Positions 57,712-64,000 of a stretch of DNA of 64,000 nucleotides are shown here, piece by piece. The translations under genes and the position numbers were made by a program. The DNA lies in the IMG/VR virus record IMGVR_UViG_3300005613_000001, positions 248,001-312,000 of that record. One strand, given 5' to 3'. Under the pieces are notes generated by a model. The model was not told the origin of the DNA, searched no databases, and saw only the letters and a program-made list of their open reading frames with translations. Numbering within the stretch: the stretch's first letter is position 1; the number at the start of each line of letters is the position of its first letter.

Positions 57712-58521
57712 TTAGTCAAGGAAAGCCACATGTCGCATTGCGCGAGATTGGGTTTCGGTATTCATTGTGACTTCGTGCCAAAAGGTCAACACAACGGTTT
57801 TGTGATCGCCGTGACGAATCTTTCCCCGCACGTAAGCTTTGGGGTCTCTTTGCATCATTCGCCAACCGGCTTTTTTCTCTTCTCTGCTCAGTTTGTTGTA
57901 AGCCTTTGCGGAGATACCGTTCGGATGGCGGGAATTCACGTAAACCGTTTGTCCTCCGGTTCGGTAAAGCTCTGCCGCCATATGTGGTTTTCCCCGCCCC
58001 CTTTGAAGTGGTTCATCCTTCAAAATGAGGTTGGGGTCAACTTTTAAATCGGGTCGAGGGATGAAGAACCATTCACCCTGTCTAATTGAGGCGGGGTTCT
58101 TTCTCTTACCCCTCTTCTTTCGCTTCATTTTGGTTGTGGATTCGGAAGCCAAAACCTCGTCCGGTTTCAGAGCTTCCTTAGCCGTTTTCACATTTGAGGC
58201 GGAAGAAGATTCGGGGATTGCGGCGACAAACCAATCCCTTTCGTCGTGACCGCAAAGGAACTTGGCTTTCCCTTCGTCCGTTCTCGCCATCAAAAGCAAA
58301 TGACGATCTTTGGGCTGGGTATCCAAGATTTGCAATTCTACGTCGGCCCCAGCACGGATGGAGAAGTAAGATCCTGCTTTGTCGCGCAGGATGTTCAAAC
58401 TGACACCGGAAAACGGTTGTCGTCTGAATCCCCACCTGTTACGAGGCGGCGTGGTTGTGGGACGAGGCTCTTTTTGCACTTTAGCCCGCGCACCCATTTT
58501 TTCAAATTTGTCGGTAATCAT
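57712..58521 (-). CDS. Conserved hypothetical protein
   Basis: GHDERDWF, RQGEWFFIP, PHM, YVRG.IRH.DH; GAAAGGAAGG upstream. Confidence 0.7.
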   Translation of the reverse strand: MITDKFEKMGARAKVQKEPRPTTTPPRNRWGFRRQPFSGVSLNILRDKAGSYFSIRAGADVELQILDTQPKDRHLLLMARTDEGKAKFLCGHDERDWFVAAIPESSSASNVKTAKEALKPDEVLASESTTKMKRKKRGKRKNPASIRQGEWFFIPRPDLKVDPNLILKDEPLQRGRGKPHMAAELYRTGGQTVYVNSRHPNGISAKAYNKLSREEKKAGWRMMQRDPKAYVRGKIRHGDHKTVVLTFWHEVTMNTETQSRAMRHVAFLD

Positions 58522-58566
58522 GTGAATGCCTTCCTTTCGAGGCGTTCACTATTTAAGTAACCCGCC

Positions 58567-58965
58567 TCATTTTTCAATTGGTTTTTCAGGTTCTTTAACG
58601 GTATCTTCGGGTTTCTCAACTGAATCTTCTGGTTTTTCGGGCTTAACAGGTGGTGCCCATCTGGTACACAACATTTGCCCAGGACCAGTGTAAATTGTAT
58701 ATTCTACGCCTCTGTAGTAGGCATAATGCCAATTCTGGGGTTCTAGAATTTTTGCATCTAGAGTTTGGGTATCATCAATTAACTGTTGGGCAATTTTCTG
58801 TTCAACTATTGCCTCAAGTTGGGACTCTGTAATTGTAATAGTTTTCTCTTTTGGTGCCTCCTTTTTTGGTTCTTTCTCTTGACCGTAAGCTCCTGCTAAG
58901 AACACACAGGCTACGATACTTAGACAACCAATGCACACCACTGCAACAATCGCTCTTGTAGACAT
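58567..58965 (-). CDS. Secreted/exported hypothetical protein
   Basis: Signal peptide-like N-terminus; KPE repeats; AGGAG upstream. Confidence 0.6.
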   Translation of the reverse strand: MSTRAIVAVVCIGCLSIVACVFLAGAYGQEKEPKKEAPKEKTITITESQLEAIVEQKIAQQLIDDTQTLDAKILEPQNWHYAYYRGVEYTIYTGPGQMLCTRWAPPVKPEKPEDSVEKPEDTVKEPEKPIEK

Positions 58966-58975
58966 TTCTACACTC

Positions 58976-59077
58976 CTAAGGGTTCAGATTTTCAACTACA
59001 ATCTCAGCTACGAACAATAGCGTGCCGAATAATGCACCACACAAAGCACCCAACACGGCTATGTCACGATATTTCAT
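58976..59077 (-). CDS. 33-aa hydrophobic peptide
   Basis: Hand translation MKYRDIAVLGALCGALFGTLLFVAEIVVENLNP; ATG at the 3' end of the RNase P RNA. Confidence 0.4.
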   Translation of the reverse strand: MKYRDIAVLGALCGALFGTLLFVAEIVVENLNP

Positions 59078-59379
59078 AATTCTTAATCCCGTAAGCCAAC
59101 TTCTGTTCTATGTTGTCATTTATCTTTTGGCCGCTACCCGTCCTCATCGAGCCGCTCACCCTCTCGGACTGTTTGCGTTGCTGCCTCGGTGGTGCAAGCG
59201 AGATATGCGAGATATGATTCATCGTCAGCGAAGTTATATGGAACAATTCCTATTTGCTCCCAAACTTCGAATCGTTGAATCATATCTTTCAATTATCTCT
59301 CCCACCTTAAGCGGTACAGGCTGGACTTTCCTCACATTCCACTTTCATGGAGTAGTGCGACAACTCGGATTAAGAATTA
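59077..59379 (-). ncRNA. rnpB: RNase P RNA (catalytic subunit), compact bacterial type-A-like
   Basis: GAGGAAAGTCC (59323-59333), AGATAAATGAC and ACAGAA-GTTGG-CTTAC (59091-59106); 13-bp P1; P2 GTTGTC/GACAAC; GNRA-capped P3; P4 AAGTCCAGC/GTTGGCTT with bulged U. Confidence 0.88.
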
Positions 59380-59726
59380 ACTGTATCTATTCTGGTCTTC
59401 CAACGCCAAGTATGTAACCACACTCTAGCATTCTTGGCGTGTTCTGCTACATCTTCACCTGGATGTTTCGCTTCGTGTGGCAACTTCCACCCCGAATTTC
59501 TTTTGAGGCGGTCTTGAATTATTTTTTCTTGTTCCTCAAATGAAGGGGAAGTATTGATGCACACTACTAGATCAAAAGGCCAACAACTGACCACTTTACC
59601 TTTTCTGCCCGCGTGTTTGCCCTTTGTGATTAAAGCTTCTCTATCTTTGTTGTACTGACGCGACATGCTATGGATGCCAGAACTGATAAACAATAGGACA
59701 ATTATTAGACATATAGCTGTAATCAT
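59370..59726 (-). CDS. Hypothetical protein
   Basis: ORF whose stop codon lies in the P1 5' strand of the RNase P RNA; start uncertain. Confidence 0.5.
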   Translation of the reverse strand: MITAICLIIVLLFISSGIHSMSRQYNKDREALITKGKHAGRKGKVVSCWPFDLVVCINTSPSFEEQEKIIQDRLKRNSGWKLPHEAKHPGEDVAEHAKNARVWLHTWRWKTRIDTVNS

Positions 59727-59841
59727 TTGCCTTTGCCTTATTTGTAGTGGGAATCCCACCAATTCCTAATATAATTCTTACCGAAAACTGATTGCCAAAT
59801 GTTACATGGAATATCTATAAACAAGTAGCACAATACATTAA

Positions 59842-60213
59842 TCATTGAGGCGGCTTCCAATACATCGTGCCCGAGAATGGTTTTGATAATCTGTAATCTT
59901 TGTTTCTTCCCTTGTTTGGGATTAATCCATTTCTTCGGTAAAATCGGGTCAATGCAGCTTTCTTTCCTTTGCCGGGTTCAGGGGCTACTATCAAAGGTTT
60001 GCCAACGGATGCTGCAAAATCTTTCAGTGCTGATATTACTGCTGATCCAATTCCTTGGTTTCTACTATCTTTGTGAATTTTAATGTCCGACAATTCTACG
60101 GAGTAAATATTTTCCCAAGCAAAAAGTGACGCTATTTCTGGATACTGCTGTTCCAGAGAAGCCACTAGTTTTTGAAGTTCGCTATTCTCTTCTAGCCATT
60201 GTCGGAATTGCAT
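59842..60213 (-). CDS. GNAT acetyltransferase with CTS-like N-terminus
   Basis: MQFRQWLEENSE; RNQGIGS, RFYRRNG; TAAATA 4 nt upstream. Confidence 0.8.
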   Translation of the reverse strand: MQFRQWLEENSELQKLVASLEQQYPEIASLFAWENIYSVELSDIKIHKDSRNQGIGSAVISALKDFAASVGKPLIVAPEPGKGKKAALTRFYRRNGLIPNKGRNKDYRLSKPFSGTMYWKPPQ

Positions 60214-60220
60214 ACCCTAT

Positions 60221-60415
60221 TTAGGGCTGTTTTCTGATTTCCTGATCTATCTCCCTAACCTCATCTTCTATGCCTGAAATTCCCTTTTTAAATTCAGAGA
60301 TACCCTGGCCCAGCCCTTTCATCGCACCAGGAAGGCGTTTTCCAAAGAGCAGTATCCCTATCACCCCGATGATGATTAGCTCAGTTGGGCCGGGCATACC
60401 TATAAATGCGAACAT
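60221..60415 (-). CDS. tatA: Twin-arginine translocase subunit TatA/E
   Basis: GMPGPTELIII...LLFGKRLP...GLGQGISEFKKG; AAGGAGG upstream. Confidence 0.9.
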   Translation of the reverse strand: MFAFIGMPGPTELIIIGVIGILLFGKRLPGAMKGLGQGISEFKKGISGIEDEVREIDQEIRKQP

Positions 60416-60455
60416 ACAAACCTCCTTATCTATCATACCATAGGATTTCGGAACG

Positions 60456-60728
60456 TCAACTATCCATATTGACAGGAATGGTTGTTACAATTAACAAATC
60501 ATCGGAATCCATACGCTTTGTGACTTCATCATCCCCTGTTGTCCACTTTACGTCTGCCCAACTTCCGTCTTTTGCCACCCTCTTTACATACCCTACAGGT
60601 TTGCACCCCTTTTCAATCACCCAATCGCCTTTTTTTAAATCTCTTCTTATTTTCATGTGTTTTACCTTCGGGGTCAGTGCTGCCGTACCCGTAAACTCCA
60701 CCGTAGACCAACAATATGTGATTGTCAA
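60456..60728 (-). CDS. Hypothetical protein
   Basis: ORF, SH3-like sequence pattern. Confidence 0.5.
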   Translation of the reverse strand: MTITYCWSTVEFTGTAALTPKVKHMKIRRDLKKGDWVIEKGCKPVGYVKRVAKDGSWADVKWTTGDDEVTKRMDSDDLLIVTTIPVNMDS

Positions 60729-61009
60729 GATGCATCCCAGGGTAATGTAATTTGCGACGTATTTACGGTAATGTTGTGACCGTATTCTAGTGTGGGTTTA
60801 GGCAATCTTACCGAATACAAATCCTTTTGCTCCCCAACAGGCTCTACCTTCATCCTGCCTTTTTTACCTTTAAGTCTCTCTACAAGATTTGAGAAAACAA
60901 CAAGTTCGGCTGTAGCACCGTCTTGTAATTTAACCTCCACATTCATCTTGTTGCTAAATTCATCTAAAATTTCACATTCTAACCATACAAACTGTTCATA
61001 TACACTCAT
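60725..61009 (-). CDS. Hypothetical protein
   Basis: ORF, GGAGG upstream. Confidence 0.55.
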   Translation of the reverse strand: MSVYEQFVWLECEILDEFSNKMNVEVKLQDGATAELVVFSNLVERLKGKKGRMKVEPVGEQKDLYSVRLPKPTLEYGHNITVNTSQITLPWDAS

Positions 61010-61025
61010 ATTATAAAACCTCCAG

Positions 61026-61109
61026 CGGAAGGCACGGGACTCGAACCCGCAACCGCATTATACGGCAGGTGATTTCCAGTCACCCCGCTAGCCAATTCGC
61101 TTACCTTCC
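61026..61109 (-). tRNA. tRNA-Ser(GGA), CCA not encoded
   Basis: Cloverleaf GGAAGGT/GCCTTCC, anticodon arm GGTGA-CTGGAAA-TCACC, long variable arm, GGTTCGAGTCC. Confidence 0.93.
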
Positions 61110-61203
61110 CAGTGGGGGCGAGGGTTGTTTTTTCTAACTCAATCCGTTCGACCGAGGCCCCCTGATATATTCTTGGATATTCTAATCTAGTGAGGCTTTA
61201 TTA

Positions 61204-61515
61204 TTAATTGTTCTCCCAAGGGTCTGATTCTTCTTCTTCATCTATATCAACTACCTCTATCTCTCCATCATCATTAACCTTAAGGAATGAAAAATTATCG
61301 GGGCGTTCTCCTTCTGCAATCTTGTGTAACATCATTCCCGCTTGGGCCAAAGCGCTCATACAGTCGTGTGGCCCCATATTTGACACATGACACTCTAATG
61401 TGTCTTCCATATCCGTAAGTCCCGAGCCTTCATCAAACAATATGACGAAGGATTTATTCCTTTTATTTAATTCACCTAGAATTTGACCAGTTGTAGCTAA
61501 TTCTAAATCAATCAT
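61204..61515 (-). CDS. Acidic hypothetical protein
   Basis: ORF. Confidence 0.55.
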   Translation of the reverse strand: MIDLELATTGQILGELNKRNKSFVILFDEGSGLTDMEDTLECHVSNMGPHDCMSALAQAGMMLHKIAEGERPDNFSFLKVNDDGEIEVVDIDEEEESDPWENN

Positions 61516-61519
61516 TTTT

Positions 61520-62524
61520 CTAAGCCTTATTCGCAAGTCTCTTTTTGGCGAGTTTCTTTTTCACAGGCTTCTTTTTAGCTACTTTCACCTTAGCGAGTTT
61601 CTTTTTCACGGGCATCTTTTTAGCTACTTTCACCTTAGCGAGTTTCTTTTTCACGGGCATCTTTTTAGCTACTTTCACCTTAGCGAGTTTCTTTTTCACG
61701 GGCATCTTTTTAGCCAGTTTCTTCTTAGCTACCTTCTTCTTGGCGAGTTTCTTCTTAGCCACCTTCTTCTTGGCTGTCTTTTTAGTTGCCTTCTTTACGG
61801 GTGCCTTAGCAAGTTTCTTTTTGGCTACCTTCTTTTTAACGGTTCTGGTAGGTCGAAGTAGTCTATTAATATCCTTCATTTCTTTAGTTGTGGCATACTT
61901 AGTCTCTACTTTCTTTTTGGCTTTCATTGCGACCTTCCTTTTTCGCAATGGTGGTTTAATCTTGGGCAAATCCATTTCAATTTCGTACTCAAGATAAGGA
62001 GCATCAAAATCTAATATTATTCTTTGACACTTCTCCGCCTCAGCTTTGGAAGTGTACTTGTTGAATGTGTCCCAACAATTTAAAAACCAACCGAGGGGCT
62101 TCTTGTTGTATTGTATTTTCCCCTGTATTTTTTTACCCTCTGCTGTAGTTTGTTCCCAAGCACGCCAACTACCAAAATTTGTGTATAAAGCTTTGTGGCT
62201 TCCATCCCCATTAAAAGATGTTTGGAAAAAACGCTGAATGGAAGTATCTATATTTTCACCATAAGCTCCGCAGATTCGCCACCCCTCATAAATATTACCC
62301 ACCGTAGGTTGATACACATTGCTTTTTATTGACCGCATTTCATCTTTAGCAAACGCTACGAATAGGGTTTGGTTTCTAAAATAAAATAATGTTATAGGGA
62401 ATTCAACATAATGTACCTTAAGGTCATACCCGTTATAGACTACGCGCCTTTGAGGTTCATATTCCCTAAGAACATCTTTTCTATTTGTTACACCCCTAGT
62501 CGTCGCTAGAACCCGATATGCCAT
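61520..62524 (-). CDS. Possible prokaryotic E2 (family D)-like domain fused to a histone H1/Hc2-like Lys/Ala tail
   Basis: VYQPTVGNIYEGWRIC...FFQTSFN; tail of KKKVAKKKLA and KKMPVKKKLAKVKVA repeats. Confidence 0.55.
   Translation of the reverse strand: MAYRVLATTRGVTNRKDVLREYEPQRRVVYNGYDLKVHYVEFPITLFYFRNQTLFVAFAKDEMRSIKSNVYQPTVGNIYEGWRICGAYGENIDTSIQRFFQTSFNGDGSHKALYTNFGSWRAWEQTTAEGKKIQGKIQYNKKPLGWFLNCWDTFNKYTSKAEAEKCQRIILDFDAPYLEYEIEMDLPKIKPPLRKRKVAMKAKKKVETKYATTKEMKDINRLLRPTRTVKKKVAKKKLAKAPVKKATKKTAKKKVAKKKLAKKKVAKKKLAKKMPVKKKLAKVKVAKKMPVKKKLAKVKVAKKMPVKKKLAKVKVAKKKPVKKKLAKKRLANKA
61548..61714 (-). repeat. 45-bp coding tandem repeat (~3.7 copies)
   Basis: Unit starts at 61591, 61636, 61681; encodes KKMPVKKKLAKVKVA. 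Confidence 0.9.
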
Positions 62525-62987
62525 CCTGATTTCCTTTTTCAACAACGGCTGCCGTTATTAATAGGTGTTGGCAAAAGTCGCGGCCAAATACCTCAGCGAT
62601 TAAATTCCATTCACGCTCGTCATTCTGAGCATGTTCCTCAGGAGTAAGCTCAACAATAGGCCCGAATGCCTTTTCCAAAAACCGTTTTCGTTCTGCAATT
62701 TCTTCTTTTGTTGGAAGTGGCTCGTTGGGGCACTCTTGGTTGCGGTATTCTTCATGAATCTTAGGATTGATCTTTTCCGCCATCCTGCCGGGCAATTCAC
62801 GAAGATCATAGTTGAAACCGCAAGTGCAAGGTGCGTAACCATACACTTCAACAGCCCGAAAGACCGCGCAGGGAGCAAAGTGGTTAAGAACCCCCTCACG
62901 CCGGGCTATTACAGGTCTGAAATACCTGTCTTTAAGAAGTTGGAGATGTTTTATTGTACGCTCTTTTTCGTCCATTGATAGCTCCAA
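62496..62987 (-). CDS. Hypothetical protein
   Basis: ORF with PCTCG motif. Confidence 0.55.
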   Translation of the reverse strand: MELSMDEKERTIKHLQLLKDRYFRPVIARREGVLNHFAPCAVFRAVEVYGYAPCTCGFNYDLRELPGRMAEKINPKIHEEYRNQECPNEPLPTKEEIAERKRFLEKAFGPIVELTPEEHAQNDEREWNLIAEVFGRDFCQHLLITAAVVEKGNQDGISGSSDD

Positions 62988-63036
62988 TAAAACAAGCCCT
63001 TATCTACATTCTACCATAGATAAGGGCAAAGGAAAG

Positions 63037-63119
63037 TGGCCTTGGCGGGATTCGAACCCGCACGGGGATACCCCCACATGGTCCTGAACCATGCGCGTCT
63101 GCCATTTCGCCACAAGGCC
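63037..63119 (-). tRNA. tRNA-Leu(CAG), CCA not encoded
   Basis: Cloverleaf GGCCTTG/CAAGGCC, anticodon arm CATGG-TTCAGGA-CCATG, long variable arm, GGTTCGAATCC. Confidence 0.95.
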
Positions 63120-63154
63120 ATTATTAATACTATATAACGAACAACGGAGGCTAC

Positions 63155-63946
63155 ATGTTAAAAGTTAATTGTAATTATGGAAATCATCACGTAAGAGTAA
63201 AGCACAGAAAGTTCATTTCTGTAGCTATTACTAGCCGTTGCAATCTAAAGTGCGCTAGCTGCTCTCAGTTGTGTGGAGTAAGACGAAAACGTTGGGATAT
63301 TTCATTAGATCAGTTAAAAATCAATTTGGATGTAATTAAAAATACTCGCAAGAAATCAAACCGGCTAGTGATAATTTACGGGGGAGAGCCAACATTACAC
63401 CGCCAGTGGGAAGAAGTTTTACAGATACTTAGAACGTACAAAACCCTCCGATTCACTGTTTGCACCAACGGCAGAGTTCGAGTTACTCCTGAAAAAGATC
63501 CTCAAATAAAATATAGAGTTAATACCCTTAAGCAAAAAAACAAAGGAGCAAACATTATGACTTGGCATGCTCCAAAAGACTTATACCCTCGTAGAAGGTC
63601 ACAATCCTTTTGGAAAGCAGCCCAGCGTAGATGTTATTTATGGAAACGTTGTGGTGTTTGTATTTATGATGATCGCGCCTACATATGTACCGTTGCTGCT
63701 GCTATGGATTTTGCGTTGGGAAAGCCTTATGGTTGGAAAGTGAATGGTGAAAACACATTTCACAAAACAGATGAACAAATTAATCAACAAGGAAATATTT
63801 TCTGCCAAAGATGTCAGTGGTGTTTGTGTCAAAAACATCAAAGGGGCCAACATCCCACAATAATATCAAAAACTAATTTTGACATTATGAAAGCTTTGAA
63901 TTTGAAGTGTAAAAAAATAAAACGAGGGATCGTTGCGGTAAAGTGA
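63155..63946 (+). CDS. Radical SAM protein
   Basis: CNLKCASC (CxxxCxxC), GGEPTLH, TNG; C-terminal Cys cluster. Confidence 0.85.
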   Translation: MLKVNCNYGNHHVRVKHRKFISVAITSRCNLKCASCSQLCGVRRKRWDISLDQLKINLDVIKNTRKKSNRLVIIYGGEPTLHRQWEEVLQILRTYKTLRFTVCTNGRVRVTPEKDPQIKYRVNTLKQKNKGANIMTWHAPKDLYPRRRSQSFWKAAQRRCYLWKRCGVCIYDDRAYICTVAAAMDFALGKPYGWKVNGENTFHKTDEQINQQGNIFCQRCQWCLCQKHQRGQHPTIISKTNFDIMKALNLKCKKIKRGIVAVK

Positions 63947-64000
63947 TTACCAATCTTTATAATCAGTTAAATCTAATTCCTCTTTAGTGATATTATTTAC

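Noticed and set aside
58025-58560. Several overlapping short ORFs on both strands
   Set aside because: Shadows of the GC-richer 57712-58521 gene
59022-59417. ORF-track ORFs 59022-59417 (+) and 59064-59246 (-)
   Set aside because: They overlap the RNase P RNA, lack RBS and have no protein motifs; the RNA explains the sequence better
61548-61714. Direct repeats that might be a CRISPR array
   Set aside because: Contiguous 45-bp in-frame repeats without unique spacers inside a Lys-rich CDS; no cas genes
61545-61997. 150-aa Phe-rich plus-strand ORF
   Set aside because: Antisense shadow of the Lys-rich repeat (AAA read as TTT)
1-64000. Alternative genetic code (TAG/TGA recoding), common in some large phages
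   Set aside because: Conserved genes are full-length under the standard code and end at TAA, TAG and TGA; no suppressor tRNA seen

Overview
This 64-kb window looks like part of a large, AT-rich, T4-like (jumbo) phage genome. It has no rRNA, no CRISPR array and no integrase. Core replication, recombination and nucleotide genes lie mostly on the minus strand behind sigma70-like promoters: uvsX/recA, gp32-like SSB, DnaB/gp41 helicase, UvsW-like and Hel308-like helicases, a divergent PolA, UvsY-like, dNMP kinase, thyA, folA and guaC. They are interleaved with many glycosylation, sulfation and methylation genes and with short genes preceded by a TA(A/T)ATA box 4-8 nt before the ATG. The main non-obvious findings are: (1) a ~303-nt RNase P RNA (rnpB-like) gene at 59077-59379 near tRNA-Ser(GGA) and tRNA-Leu(CAG); (2) a second structured ncRNA candidate with its own promoter and terminator (27363-27512) and a tRNA-like minihelix abutting the thyA operon; (3) nine proteins, including NUDIX, GNAT, P-loop kinase, HExxH and ART-like enzymes, that share an N-terminal M-x(1-4)-F-x-x-W/F-L-x-E motif resembling the T4 capsid-targeting sequence; (4) a region-2-only sigma-like protein, a short gp23 paralog, a hidden 49-aa Cys-rich peptide and an E2-like/histone-H1-like fusion. 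TatA and AtpZ/AtpI-like genes suggest a Planctomycetota host (inference). All calls come from reading motifs by eye; no database searches were run.
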